In this document: positions 35,315-45,788 of the stretch, in pieces
How the letters are laid out: each line of letters begins with the position of its first letter
How positions within the stretch are numbered: position 1 is the first letter of the stretch
Assembly (NCBI GenBank): GCA_035400705.1
Contig: DAOMZV010000001.1
Span: 1 to 57,471 of the forward strand
Reading direction: 5' to 3'
Source: Candidatus Magasanikiibacteriota bacterium
Lineage (GTDB): Bacteria > Patescibacteriota > Patescibacteriia > Magasanikbacterales > UBA10003
Length of the DNA stretch: 57,471 nucleotides
Translations under genes and position numbers: made by a program
The notes under the pieces: model-generated
Seen by the model: only the letters and a program-made list of their open reading frames with translations
Told to the model about the DNA's origin: nothing
Databases searched by the model: none

Positions 35315-35944
35315 TTATTTATTAATTTCTAATGTTTTAATTAATTCGACCTCATCAAAAGGAATGGGATCACCGATTCTTAAACGAAAACTATCTACCA
35401 CCACCTCTGCCTCACCTGTGCTGCCTGGAGAACCAAAACGAACTTGAGCTAATTCTGTATTAGTAAAACACAAAGGTTTAGCCACTTCACCAGTTTTAGG
35501 AACTTTTATAATTGATTCCTTATCCAAATTTAAACAAATTTTTCCCTTAAGAGTCTCACCGTAAACAAAATTTCCCGAAACAACAATACTGCCAGTAAAT
35601 TCTATGAATTTTTTATTTTCTTGTTGAAAAATATTACCAACGGTCATGCCGTTAGGCAAGGTATCACCAATTTTAATTAAACCAATATCAATCTGATTAT
35701 TTTTAATTTTTTCTACTTGACCTTGAATGTTTTTTTGTAACAATGCAGTCTCTTCGGTGTTTTTCTTTTGCTGGGTCAAAGTTTGAACAATAATATTTTC
35801 TTCATTCTTTTTACTTTCATCAACGGCTGAATTTTGCCATAAATAAACCCCTAACCCCACAATAATATAAGATAAAAAAACACCGACCCAAATTACCCAA
35901 TTAGTATTGGGCTTTTTAAAAATTTTATCTAAATAATGCATCAT
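35315..35944 (-). CDS. hypothetical membrane-anchored protein
   Basis: 209 aa with one N-terminal TM helix and no recognisable motif. Confidence 0.5.
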   Translation of the reverse strand: MMHYLDKIFKKPNTNWVIWVGVFLSYIIVGLGVYLWQNSAVDESKKNEENIIVQTLTQQKKNTEETALLQKNIQGQVEKIKNNQIDIGLIKIGDTLPNGMTVGNIFQQENKKFIEFTGSIVVSGNFVYGETLKGKICLNLDKESIIKVPKTGEVAKPLCFTNTELAQVRFGSPGSTGEAEVVVDSFRLRIGDPIPFDEVELIKTLEINK

Positions 35945-35963
35945 AAAAAAGAACCTTCTTAAA

Positions 35964-36932
35964 TTAATAATTTTTAACGATTTGAACTTCTTCTTCTAAT
36001 TTAACTAAAAATTTATTCCACACGGTTTCCTTAATTTTTCTAATTAATTGTAAAACATCTTCGGCCTTGGCTTGGCCCCGATTCACAATAAAATTAGCAT
36101 GCTGCTGAGAAACTTCGGCTTCACCTACTCGAGTTCCTTTTAAACCCGAAAGTTCAATCAACCAAGCCGCCGGCACTTTTTTGTATTGCCAAAAATTTTC
36201 CAACATTTTTGATTTTAATCTATCGTCTATCTGCTGAGGATTGGTAAAAGTAAAATTTTTAAAAATACATCCAGCACTAGGATAAGGAGGTTGGGATTCG
36301 TGACGATGCTTTAAAAAACCCTCCAAATCTTTTTTACTCTCCTCGGCAATACCAGCTAATAATTCTAATTCAGCTTCTAGAATTATTGCCTCGGCCAAAA
36401 CCGATTTAAACAAACTGGTGCGATAACCAAAAACACATTCCGCTGGAGTAATTTTTTTAGTTTTATTTTGAAAATAAATTGTTACACTTTTAATATTTTG
36501 CGCCATATCAAAACGAAAAGCTCCAGCGTTACCTCTCACAGCACCTCCTATTGTTCCCGGCAAACCACCTGCCCACTCCAAACCTCGAAGACCTTTCTTA
36601 GACAACTCAAAAGCTAAGGGTATTACTGACACTCCAGCCCCCACCTTGACTACATATTTGTTGCCGTTTAAATATGGCTCTAAGGGATAATTAATTTCCT
36701 TAAAGGAAATCTTAATCACTAAACCGGGCCAACCGGCATCGGGAAAAAGTAAATTGCTCCCACCACCTAAAATAAAAACCGACAGTTTATTTTTTTTACT
36801 AAAATCTAGAGCTCTTGTTAATTCATCTAAATTATTAGCTTCAACAAAAAACCTGGCTGAACCACCAATTTTAAAAGTTGTAAATTGTGCCAAACTAACG
36901 TCCTTTTTAATCTCCATAATTTTCTTTATCAT
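35964..36932 (-). CDS. murB: UDP-N-acetylenolpyruvoylglucosamine reductase
   Basis: FTTFKIGGSARFF, ILGGGSNLLF, GLEWAGGLPGTIGGAVRGNAGA, GCIFKN. Confidence 0.9.
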   Translation of the reverse strand: MIKKIMEIKKDVSLAQFTTFKIGGSARFFVEANNLDELTRALDFSKKNKLSVFILGGGSNLLFPDAGWPGLVIKISFKEINYPLEPYLNGNKYVVKVGAGVSVIPLAFELSKKGLRGLEWAGGLPGTIGGAVRGNAGAFRFDMAQNIKSVTIYFQNKTKKITPAECVFGYRTSLFKSVLAEAIILEAELELLAGIAEESKKDLEGFLKHRHESQPPYPSAGCIFKNFTFTNPQQIDDRLKSKMLENFWQYKKVPAAWLIELSGLKGTRVGEAEVSQQHANFIVNRGQAKAEDVLQLIRKIKETVWNKFLVKLEEEVQIVKNY

Positions 36933-36969
36933 TCTTATTGTAACATTTTAAAAACCTACTCACAAGAAA

Positions 36970-38346
36970 TTATTCTACCTTAACTAATTTTTCCGCTAAT
37001 TTATAAATATAGCCTGCTCCCATCATTAATACTATATCTCTTGGTTGTAATATTTCATCCAAAATTTTTTCGGTTTCTTGTAAATCTCGACCAAAATAAC
37101 TTGCTTTCTTCCCCTCTTTTTTTAATTCTGCTACCAAATCTGCCGAGGAAATATTGTCTTCTTGGGGTTCTCGACCGGGAGCCGACCAGATTTCATTTAA
37201 GACAACCATATCCGATTGTTTAAAAGATTGAACAAAATCATTAAACAAAATTCGTGTTCTCCATTTATGATGTGGGTGAAAAACAGTTATAATTCTTTGT
37301 CCGGGATATTTTTGTCGAGCAGCCTCAATGGTCCCTCTTACTCCAGCTGGATGATGACCATAATCACTAATTATTGTTGCCTGACGATATTGACCTAAAA
37401 CTTGAAACCGCCGCCAAGATCCCTGAAAATCTTCCAAAACTGGTTTAATAGCAGCTGGCTCAGCCCCCAAACTTAAAGCCATGGCCGTAGCAGCCAAGGA
37501 ATTATAAACATTAAACAAGCCAGGAATCTGAATATTGTATTGATTATTTAAAAGAAAAAAACTTTGCTTCTGGCTATCGGCCTTAACATCGGTTGCTAAA
37601 AATTCTTCTTCAACCTGTAAACCAAACTTCTTAATTGAAATTCTTTCTTCAGATAATTTATTAAGTAATTGAATAACACCAGCATCATCTCCATTAACCA
37701 ACAAAAAACCGCCGGGTTTAATTTGTTTAGTTAATTTTTTAAAGGCCTCTAGGATGTCATTGAGATCTTTATAAAAATCTAAATGATCTTCTTCAATGTT
37801 GGTAATCAATAAATAGTCTGGTGTTAAACTCAAAAAATTACCAAAGGCTTCACAAGCTTCCACCACAAAAACTCCCTGGCCAAAACGAAAACCACCGCCG
37901 TGCTGACCTTCTACATTTCCTCCGGCAATGATCAAAGGATCAAAACCGTTAGCTTCTAAAATTTTACCCAACATTAAAGTGGTGGTAGTTTTACCATTAG
38001 TGCCGGAAACGGCGATGGTTTTTCTTTCTTGTGAAATCAAACCTAAGGCACCAAAATAACTGTAAATCGGTAAACCAATTTTTTCAGCTTGTTGTAATTC
38101 TATATTATCAAATTCTCTAGCCGCTGCTGTATGAACTACCATTTCTATATCCGGAGTTATGTGTTCAACTGAATGCCCAATCCAAATCTTTGCCCCTGCT
38201 TTTTCTAGCTCATCAACAATTGCAGTTCTTTCTAAATCAGAACCAGTGACCTCCATTTTTAAAGCTAAAGCCAAACGAGCTAAGGCGGAAACTCCATGCC
38301 CACCAATACCTACAAAATGAATTTTTTTAACCGCAAAAAAAGACAT
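36970..38346 (-). CDS. murC: UDP-N-acetylmuramate--L-alanine ligase
   Basis: IHFVGIGGHGVSALA, AVSGTNGKTTTT, NIEEDHLDFY, DYGHHP. Confidence 0.9.
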   Translation of the reverse strand: MSFFAVKKIHFVGIGGHGVSALARLALALKMEVTGSDLERTAIVDELEKAGAKIWIGHSVEHITPDIEMVVHTAAAREFDNIELQQAEKIGLPIYSYFGALGLISQERKTIAVSGTNGKTTTTLMLGKILEANGFDPLIIAGGNVEGQHGGGFRFGQGVFVVEACEAFGNFLSLTPDYLLITNIEEDHLDFYKDLNDILEAFKKLTKQIKPGGFLLVNGDDAGVIQLLNKLSEERISIKKFGLQVEEEFLATDVKADSQKQSFFLLNNQYNIQIPGLFNVYNSLAATAMALSLGAEPAAIKPVLEDFQGSWRRFQVLGQYRQATIISDYGHHPAGVRGTIEAARQKYPGQRIITVFHPHHKWRTRILFNDFVQSFKQSDMVVLNEIWSAPGREPQEDNISSADLVAELKKEGKKASYFGRDLQETEKILDEILQPRDIVLMMGAGYIYKLAEKLVKVE

Positions 38347-38357
38347 AAACTTTAAAA

Positions 38358-39092
38358 TTATTTTTGAACCAAAGCAATAATATTATAACTTTTTTTTAAA
38401 TCGGTAACAAAATTACCATTGGCATCACCATAACCGATTTTTATTTTTTTAAATCCGACTGATTGTAATAATTTTTTTAATTCTTCTTTATCAAAACTAT
38501 ATAAATATCTTTGCACGGTTATCTTAGGTGTCGCCTTCCACGGAGTTAACAAATCTTTTTCACTCCAACTTGAAGGATTTTTTTTCAATTGTTCTTTAAT
38601 CTTGAATTTATTTTCTGCGTATGAAGTATATAAATTCCAAACAGAAATAACTCCGTGTCCCTTGGGTTTGAGGACCCGATAAATTTCTTTAACTGACTGT
38701 TCTTGCAGTTCTTTAGATGGTATATGATGTAAAACAGCCAAAGCCAAAACCCAGTCAAACAGTTGATCTTCAAAAGGTAAATTAATTATATTACCTTTAA
38801 CCAATTTGACTTTTTGATTTCGCCCCAACTTAGGAATTCTTTTTTTGGCTAATTTTAAAAGATTACCGCTTAAATCCAAACCGGTATAATCAATTGACTT
38901 GGAAGCCAAACAATCGTATAATACAGCATTGCCACAACCTACATCCAAAACCCTATCTCCTTTTTTAATACCACCAGTAGTTTTAATTTGATAAGGACGC
39001 GGGGTACTGCGGGTCAAATTCCATTCTTTGGCAATAAGATTATAATCTTTCTCCACTTTTTTTAAAACTTTTTTAGCTGCAACTAAATCCAT
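38358..39092 (-). CDS. class I SAM-dependent methyltransferase, Trm9/ALKBH8-MT-like (inferred)
   Basis: YNLIAKEWNLTRSTPRP, VLDVGCGNA, LPFEDQLFDWVLALAVLHHIPSKELQEQSVKEIYRVLKPKGHGVISVWNL. This resembles the ..IA..F..TR..PW / ..HH.st.e.R..a..E..RVL.PGG...i.vWa pattern of Trm9-type enzymes. Confidence 0.55.
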   Translation of the reverse strand: MDLVAAKKVLKKVEKDYNLIAKEWNLTRSTPRPYQIKTTGGIKKGDRVLDVGCGNAVLYDCLASKSIDYTGLDLSGNLLKLAKKRIPKLGRNQKVKLVKGNIINLPFEDQLFDWVLALAVLHHIPSKELQEQSVKEIYRVLKPKGHGVISVWNLYTSYAENKFKIKEQLKKNPSSWSEKDLLTPWKATPKITVQRYLYSFDKEELKKLLQSVGFKKIKIGYGDANGNFVTDLKKSYNIIALVQK

Positions 39093-39097
39093 AAAAC

Positions 39098-40681
39098 ATG
39101 TTATCTGAATTAATTAAAAAACTTTTACAAGAAAAAGAATTAACGCGGGAAAAAATTGATTCTTTAAAACGTCTCTACGCTAATGAACACAAAGCGGTTT
39201 TCCCGACCACAGCCGAACTTTTAAAAGAATATCGACGTCTTTTGAAATTAAAAAAAATTCAATCTTCGTCTACTTTAGAAAAAATTCTCCAAAAACGATC
39301 TGTCCGCACTCTTTCTGGGGTAGCCATTGTCACTGTTTTAACCAAACCTTGGCCTTGTCCGGGAAAATGTATTTACTGTCCGCTAGAAAAAGAAATGCCC
39401 AAAAGCTATCTTAAGAACGAACCAGCAGCTCAACGAGCTTATTTTAACAATTTTAACCCTTATAATCAAGTTTTTTCTCGCCTTAAAATGCTTTATAATA
39501 ATGGTCACCCTACAGACAAAGTTGAATTAATTGTTAAAGGAGGAAGCTGGAATAGTTATTCTTGGAGTTATCAAAGATGGTTTATCAAAGAATGTTTTAG
39601 AGCCTGCAATAATTTCCCTCAGCAAACTAAACCCAAATTAAATTTAGGTTCAGACCAAGATCTTTTAAAACAACAAAAAACTAATGAAAAAGCTGGTTCT
39701 AGAATTGTTGGACTAACCCTAGAAACACGTCCAGATTTAATCACGCTTAAAACAATCACCCAAATGCGTCTTTTAGGTTGCACAAGAATTGAACTTGGCG
39801 TCCAGCACACTGATGATAAAATTTTAAATTTGACTAAACGAGGACATACCTTAGAGCAAGCCAAACAAGCTGCGAGACTTTTGCGTCGCTATGGCTTTAA
39901 ATTAGATTTTCATTTAATGCCCCAACTTCCCGGCACCACTCCGACTAAAGATTATCAGATGATTAAACAAATTTTTTCTGACCCCGATTTAAAACCGGAT
40001 ATGATTAAAATTTATCCCTGTTCGGTGGTTAAACATTCAGAATTATATACTTGGTTTAAAAAGGGTCTGTTTAAACCGTACGCTGACAAAAAGTTGATTG
40101 AAATGTTAATTAAAGTAAAAAGCCAACTTATTCCGCGTTATTGTCGAATCTCACGTTTAATCAGAGATATTCCTGCCACTGAAATTATAGCCGGCAACAA
40201 AGTTACTAATCTTCGAGAGACTATTCAAAAAACCATGAAGAGAAAAGGATTACTTTGTTCTTGCTTGCGTTGCCGAGAAATTGGACATCACCCAGAATTA
40301 AAAAATAAAACCCTGCCTCTTAAAATTTTTATTGACCAATACTCTGCTTCCAAAGGTCAAGAATATTTTTTAAGTTTTGAAGATGCCAAACGTCAAACTG
40401 TCTATGGTTTTTGCCGCTTGAGAATTGATCCGGAGGGTTTTTTTCCAGCCTTTATCCGTGAACTCCATGTCTATGGGCAATTGGTTGAAATAGGCAGACA
40501 ACAAAAAGACGCTAGCCAACATTTAGGTTTAGGAAAAAAGCTAATAGCGGCTGCGGAAAAAATCTGCCGAGAAAATGATGTTAAACAGTTGGCAATTATT
40601 TCTGGTGTAGGAGTACGTGGTTATTATAAAAAATTGGGTTATCACTTACAAAAAACCTATTTGGTCAAAAAAATAGACTAA
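39098..40681 (+). CDS. elp3: Elongator Elp3-type radical SAM / GNAT acetyltransferase (tRNA U34 carboxymethylation family)
   Basis: Radical-SAM cluster CPGKCIYCP, ELIVKGGSW, GLTLETRPD, RIELGVQ, and a C-terminal GNAT domain ...HLGLGKKLIAAAEKI...GVGVRGYYKKLGY. Confidence 0.85.
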   Translation: MLSELIKKLLQEKELTREKIDSLKRLYANEHKAVFPTTAELLKEYRRLLKLKKIQSSSTLEKILQKRSVRTLSGVAIVTVLTKPWPCPGKCIYCPLEKEMPKSYLKNEPAAQRAYFNNFNPYNQVFSRLKMLYNNGHPTDKVELIVKGGSWNSYSWSYQRWFIKECFRACNNFPQQTKPKLNLGSDQDLLKQQKTNEKAGSRIVGLTLETRPDLITLKTITQMRLLGCTRIELGVQHTDDKILNLTKRGHTLEQAKQAARLLRRYGFKLDFHLMPQLPGTTPTKDYQMIKQIFSDPDLKPDMIKIYPCSVVKHSELYTWFKKGLFKPYADKKLIEMLIKVKSQLIPRYCRISRLIRDIPATEIIAGNKVTNLRETIQKTMKRKGLLCSCLRCREIGHHPELKNKTLPLKIFIDQYSASKGQEYFLSFEDAKRQTVYGFCRLRIDPEGFFPAFIRELHVYGQLVEIGRQQKDASQHLGLGKKLIAAAEKICRENDVKQLAIISGVGVRGYYKKLGYHLQKTYLVKKID

Positions 40682-40710
40682 AAAAGACCTTGGTTTTAGC
40701 AAGGTCTTTT

Positions 40711-41229
40711 TTAGTCTTCATCATGAGGATGAGCAAAAGCTGCCATTAAAAAAATCGGGGTGACAAACCAGACAAATCTACCCCAAGAACTTAAAAAAAT
40801 TTTTTGAACTGCCAGGGAAAAAATATTAACAATTGATGCGGGCAAAAAAGACAAAATCACACTAACCAAAAGACCGAGCTGAAAAAAAGCTAAAACAAAA
40901 GCCGACCAACGACCAGAAACAAAACCTCCTTGAACAAAAGTTTTCCCTAAAATACCGCGCACCAAAAGAAAAAATAAAACAAAAAAACTAATAGTAAAAA
41001 AGATCACCTGATTTACAGATTTAGAAGTTTCCGAAATTAGACCAATAAAAGGAGTATAAGCTAAAACACCCAGGGTTACATAAATGGAGGTCAAAAATAA
41101 TAAAACCCGCTTCCGACCTAAAATTGAAGTATACAAAAAACTAGCTGCTAATAAACAAAAAAACAGCCAAACATCTGCTCCCAAACCTAGGGCAGATATT
41201 TTAGTAAAAAAATTAGATAAGAACTCCAT
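40711..41229 (-). CDS. integral membrane protein, unknown function
   Basis: 172 aa with about 5 TM helices. Confidence 0.5.
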   Translation of the reverse strand: MEFLSNFFTKISALGLGADVWLFFCLLAASFLYTSILGRKRVLLFLTSIYVTLGVLAYTPFIGLISETSKSVNQVIFFTISFFVLFFLLVRGILGKTFVQGGFVSGRWSAFVLAFFQLGLLVSVILSFLPASIVNIFSLAVQKIFLSSWGRFVWFVTPIFLMAAFAHPHDED

Positions 41230-41291
41230 AACAATTATATTATAACAAAAAACCGCGCAGCATTACACTTAGCGGTTTAGTTAAAAGGAAT

Positions 41292-41552
41292 CTAGTTATT
41301 TCTTTTCCACAACAAATGTGGTGTTATGCCAACAGTCCAAACTTCAGTAATTCGATAATTTTGATCAAGTACCAAATCCAAGCTCCCACCGTTCCTATAT
41401 TCAAAAGAACGATTAGGTAAATCTTCCATTAAAGAAGTAGGGGCATTTTCAAGATAATCTTTTCCTAATTTTTGATTAAATTGATTACTTTCAAAATGCC
41501 GACTCAGAACACCAAACGGACTGATTACTTTGTAGACGATCCCTTTAAACAT
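41292..41552 (-). CDS. hypothetical protein
   Basis: 86-aa ORF with its own promoter (minus TTGACA 41620-41625, 17-nt spacer, TAAAAT 41597-41602) and SD aaaggtgg. Confidence 0.45.
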   Translation of the reverse strand: MFKGIVYKVISPFGVLSRHFESNQFNQKLGKDYLENAPTSLMEDLPNRSFEYRNGGSLDLVLDQNYRITEVWTVGITPHLLWKRNN

Positions 41553-41623
41553 TAATCCACCTTTGACAAAGAACGAACAAATTTAACTGCTAAAATATTT
41601 TAAATTATTCCAAATATTTTGTC

Positions 41624-41653
41624 AAAAAAATAACCCATTTAGGGTCATTTTTT
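41624..41653 (-). terminator. intrinsic terminator after dnaJ
   Basis: Stem tgaccc/gggtta with a T7 tract on the minus strand. Confidence 0.7.
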
Positions 41654-41661
41654 AAATATTT

Positions 41662-42735
41662 TTATTTTTCCAATTCACGTAACAAATCTTTTTGATGTCG
41701 GCTCAACTTAGTAGGTGTCAGCACAACAACTTCTACAAATAAATCACCGCGTCCGCTGTCACGCAAATGAGTTATACCCTTACTTTTTAAACGAATCATT
41801 TGTCCTGATTGTACTCCTTCAGGAATAACTACTTTTAGCAAACCATCCAAACTTTCTACTTCTACTGTCGCACCCAAAGCCGCTTCGGTAAAAGAAATAT
41901 TTTTCTTCGTATATAAATCAAAATTATCTCGGCGGAACCTTGTGTCTTTTTTTACTCTAATTCGTAAATACAAATCACCAGCACGACTACCCTTGGCACC
42001 AGCCTCCCCTTTACTGGTTAATCTAATTGATTCCCCATCATCAATACCCGCTGGAACTCTTACCTTAATTTCTTCTTGTTTTTTGATAATTCCCCTACCA
42101 CCACATTGACGACACTTCTTCTCCGGAATTTCTCCATTACCTTCACAGACCGGACAATCAGCTACACTTTGAAAGGCCCCAAAAACTGTACGTTGCACAT
42201 GCGGTATCTGCCCCTTACCTCCGCAATCTTTACACTTATTCATTTTACTACCTGGTTCCACACCATTACCGCCGCAAACATCACAGGCGGAATTTTTATA
42301 TAATTTGAAAGTTTTTTCTGTGCCAAAAGCTGCCTCTTTTAAATCAATTTGAACATCAACTTGAATATCTTGACCCCGTGCAGCCTTTCTATTAGAAGCA
42401 CGACCTCCCCCAAAAATATCACCAAAACCGCCAAAAATGTCACCCAAGTCACTAAAATCAAAACCTTGAGCATTAAAACCATTGAAGCCACCAAAACCGC
42501 CGGCCCCGCCACCCATCCCAGCTTGATCAAAAGTAGAGCCAAATTGATCATACTGACTGCGTTTTTGCGGATCATTTAGAACCTGAAAGGCTTCGTTAAT
42601 CTCTTTAAATTTTTCCGCATTGCCGCCTTGTTTGTCTGGGTGGTACTGATGAGCCTGCTTTCTAAATGCCGCTCGAATTTCGTCTTGACCAGCACTCTTT
42701 TCAACACCTAAAATTTTATAATAATCTTTAGACAT
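41662..42735 (-). CDS. dnaJ: molecular chaperone DnaJ
   Basis: J domain DYYKILGV...HPDK, a G/F-rich region, and four CxxCxGxG zinc-finger repeats. Confidence 0.95.
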   Translation of the reverse strand: MSKDYYKILGVEKSAGQDEIRAAFRKQAHQYHPDKQGGNAEKFKEINEAFQVLNDPQKRSQYDQFGSTFDQAGMGGGAGGFGGFNGFNAQGFDFSDLGDIFGGFGDIFGGGRASNRKAARGQDIQVDVQIDLKEAAFGTEKTFKLYKNSACDVCGGNGVEPGSKMNKCKDCGGKGQIPHVQRTVFGAFQSVADCPVCEGNGEIPEKKCRQCGGRGIIKKQEEIKVRVPAGIDDGESIRLTSKGEAGAKGSRAGDLYLRIRVKKDTRFRRDNFDLYTKKNISFTEAALGATVEVESLDGLLKVVIPEGVQSGQMIRLKSKGITHLRDSGRGDLFVEVVVLTPTKLSRHQKDLLRELEK

Positions 42736-42773
42736 AAGTTAGGGGGCAGACAACTGGTCTGCCCCATTTTATC

Positions 42774-44669
42774 TTATTTCTTGTCATCAACCACTTCACC
42801 TTCAATTGGACCTTCATCTTTTTTTTCACTTTCTGGGCCTGGGGCGGCTCCAGCAGCACCCGGTTGTTGTCCAGCTTGATACATCTCAGCACCAACCCTT
42901 TGCGCAATTTGAGATAACTCTTCAACCGATTTTTTAATCGCCTCTAAATCATTACCTTCTTTGACTTTCTTTATCGCCTCAATTTTTTCTTCCAAAGATT
43001 TTTTATCTTCAGCTTTCATTTTATCTCCTGAGTCTCTAATTAATTTTTCTGTAGTATAAACCATGGTGTCAGCTAAATTTTTAGTTTCAATTGCCTCTTG
43101 TTTTTTCTTATCTTCTTCTGCATGCATTTCTGCTTCTTTCTTCATTTTTTCTACTTCATCTTTAGATAAACCAGTAGAAGCAGTGATAGTGATTTGTTGT
43201 TCTTTATTAGTGGCTTTGTCAGTGGCCTTAACATTTAAAATACCATTAGCATCAATATCAAATTTAACTTCAACCTGAGGCACACCGCGTGGCGCTGGAG
43301 GAATTCCTGATAAAATAAATCGGCCTAAAGATTTATTATCAGCAGCCATTGGACGTTCACCTTGTAACACATGAATTTCTACCGAGGTCTGAGAATCAGT
43401 GGCAGTCGAAAAAACTTGAGCCTTAGAAGTTGGAATAGTAGTATTGCGTTGAATTAAAGGAGTCATTACCCCACCTAGAGTTTCCAAACCCAAGGATAAG
43501 GGGGTAACATCCAAAAGCAAAACATCTTTTACTTCACCTTTTAAAATAGCTCCTTGCACAGCCGCACCAACCGCTACCACTTCGTCAGGATTAACTGAAA
43601 TATTGGGTTTTTTACCAAAGAATTTTTCTACCACTTGGTAAACCAAAGGCATACGAGTCATGCCTCCAACCATAACTACTTCTTCAATATCAGATACCTC
43701 TAATTTAGCATCTCGTAAAGCGTTCTTGACTGGAGCAATGGTTTTTTCAACTAATTCGCCGACCAATTCTTCCAATTTAGCACGAGTTAATTTCATTACC
43801 AAGTGTTTAGGACCAGAAGCATCCGAAGTAATGAAAGGCTGATTGATTTCAGTTTCTTGAGCGGTAGATAATTCAATTTTGGCTTTTTCAGCCGCTTCTT
43901 TAAGACGCTGCAAAGCTAAAGAATCCTTACTTAAATCAATTCCCTGATCTTTTTTAAACTCAGTTAAAATCCAATTCATGATAATTTGATCAAAATCATC
44001 ACCACCTAAATGGGTATCGCCATTAGTAGATAACACCTGCACAGTATCTTCAGCAATTTCCAAAATAGAAATATCAAAAGTTCCACCGCCTAAATCATAA
44101 ACAGCAATTTGTTGATTTTTCTTTTTATCAAAACCATAAGCCAAAGCTGCGGCAGTTGGTTCATTGATGATACGCAAAACGTTTAAACCAGCAATGGCCC
44201 CAGCGTCCTTAGTGGCCTGACGTTGGGAATCGTCAAAATAAGCAGGAACAGTAATAACAGCGTCAATAATCTTTTCGCCCAGTCTTTCTTCAGCATCAGC
44301 TTTCAATTTCTGTAAAACCATGGCAGAAATTTCTTGAGGAGCATATTCTTTACCACCCATCAAAACTTTAACACCATCGCCGGATTTAACCATTTTAAAT
44401 GGCATATTTTTTAAATCTCTCTGAACTTCGGCATCATCAAAGCGACGTCCGATCAAACGCTTGATAGAATACAAGGTGTTTTCCGGATTAGTTACAGCTT
44501 GACGTTTAGCAAGCAAACCCACATGGCGTTCGCCAGTTTTAGTAATAGCTACAATAGAAGGAGTGGTGCGAGCCCCTTCTTTGTTTTCCAACACCTTAGG
44601 CTGTCCGCCTTCCACCACAGCCATACAAGAAAAAGTTGTTCCCAAATCAATACCTAATACTTTAGACAT
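42774..44669 (-). CDS. dnaK: molecular chaperone DnaK
   Basis: [29 protein letters not shown]. Confidence 0.97.
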   Translation of the reverse strand: MSKVLGIDLGTTFSCMAVVEGGQPKVLENKEGARTTPSIVAITKTGERHVGLLAKRQAVTNPENTLYSIKRLIGRRFDDAEVQRDLKNMPFKMVKSGDGVKVLMGGKEYAPQEISAMVLQKLKADAEERLGEKIIDAVITVPAYFDDSQRQATKDAGAIAGLNVLRIINEPTAAALAYGFDKKKNQQIAVYDLGGGTFDISILEIAEDTVQVLSTNGDTHLGGDDFDQIIMNWILTEFKKDQGIDLSKDSLALQRLKEAAEKAKIELSTAQETEINQPFITSDASGPKHLVMKLTRAKLEELVGELVEKTIAPVKNALRDAKLEVSDIEEVVMVGGMTRMPLVYQVVEKFFGKKPNISVNPDEVVAVGAAVQGAILKGEVKDVLLLDVTPLSLGLETLGGVMTPLIQRNTTIPTSKAQVFSTATDSQTSVEIHVLQGERPMAADNKSLGRFILSGIPPAPRGVPQVEVKFDIDANGILNVKATDKATNKEQQITITASTGLSKDEVEKMKKEAEMHAEEDKKKQEAIETKNLADTMVYTTEKLIRDSGDKMKAEDKKSLEEKIEAIKKVKEGNDLEAIKKSVEELSQIAQRVGAEMYQAGQQPGAAGAAPGPESEKKDEGPIEGEVVDDKK

Positions 44670-44689
44670 AAAATTTAATAAATTAACTT

Positions 44690-45238
44690 TTATTTAATTA
44701 ATGATTTTAAAAATTTTAACTCCTGTTCATTATATTCCCTAGATAAATAAGATAAAATTTCTTCTTCAGATAAACCTTTTTTTCTTAAATAGCCAAACTG
44801 TTGAGAAAAAGCCCTTCTTTCAACTTCATTATCTGGATAATTACTCCTAATTACTTTTTTGTAGCCTTCATGTTTTAATTGTCTAAAAGACTGAACATGT
44901 CCTAACTCATGAATCAACCAGGCTAAAGAATCTAGACCATCAAAATAACTCTCTTTAAATAAAATCAAATTTCTTTCAGCAATTGATTCACTTGGCTGTA
45001 TGCCTTTTATCCATAATTCATCCGGCACCACAACTATCATAACATCTTGTAAACTTTCATCTGCCAAAAATTTAATCTGTTCTTGAAATTCTCCTCTTAA
45101 GCTAGAAATTTGCAAAATTTTGATTTCATTTATTTCTGCTTGATTCTTTAAATCTAAATAACCCTGTAAAAAAGAATCAATGGCTTCTTTTTGAAATTGA
45201 AAACCTTGTTCTCTAGAACCCGCTTCATTATTAATCAT
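44690..45238 (-). CDS. hypothetical protein with an HExxH zinc-metallopeptidase-like motif
   Basis: [14 protein letters not shown]. It is embedded between hsp20 and dnaK. ATG at 45238 is preferred over the TTG at 45277. Confidence 0.5.
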   Translation of the reverse strand: MINNEAGSREQGFQFQKEAIDSFLQGYLDLKNQAEINEIKILQISSLRGEFQEQIKFLADESLQDVMIVVVPDELWIKGIQPSESIAERNLILFKESYFDGLDSLAWLIHELGHVQSFRQLKHEGYKKVIRSNYPDNEVERRAFSQQFGYLRKKGLSEEEILSYLSREYNEQELKFLKSLIK

Positions 45239-45315
45239 AAAAATAAATTTAAATTTCTCCTCAGATTTTGCCCTCAATTTTTGAGGACAAAAAACTGAAT
45301 AGATATTTTAGAATT

Positions 45316-45750
45316 TTATTTCTTTTTTACAGCCACTTTTATAGTTTTCGCCTTAACTTCTGGCGCCTTAGGCATTACTACTTTCAACATACCATTTTCA
45401 AATTCGGCATTAGTTTTATCTTCTTGAACCTTAGCTGGTAAAGCCACTTGACGATAAAAAGAACCCGAACGGACTTCTTTGCGATAATAATTTTTTTCGT
45501 CAACCTCGGTTTCTTTTTTTATTTCACCCTTAACAGTAACCACGCCATTTTGGACAGTCACTTCCACATCTTTAGGATCAACCCCGGCCAACGGAGTTTC
45601 CACGACCACACTATCTTTGGTTTCATAAACATCAATCGCGGGAGTAAAACCCTTAGCTCCTTCGGTTAAAGAATTTGTTCCCTCAAACATTTTATCCATC
45701 TCATCAGCCCAAGAAGGCATCAGAAACGGAGACCATTTTATAATAGACAT
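45316..45750 (-). CDS. Hsp20/alpha-crystallin family small heat-shock protein
   Basis: ...FTPAIDVYETKDSVVVETPLAGVDPKDVEVTVQNGVVTVKGE...F.R...LP..V......A.F.NG.L.V..PK. Confidence 0.85.
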   Translation of the reverse strand: MSIIKWSPFLMPSWADEMDKMFEGTNSLTEGAKGFTPAIDVYETKDSVVVETPLAGVDPKDVEVTVQNGVVTVKGEIKKETEVDEKNYYRKEVRSGSFYRQVALPAKVQEDKTNAEFENGMLKVVMPKAPEVKAKTIKVAVKKK

Positions 45751-45788
45751 ATTTTTAATTTTTTCCCTCAAAGGGTTAAATTATCTTT

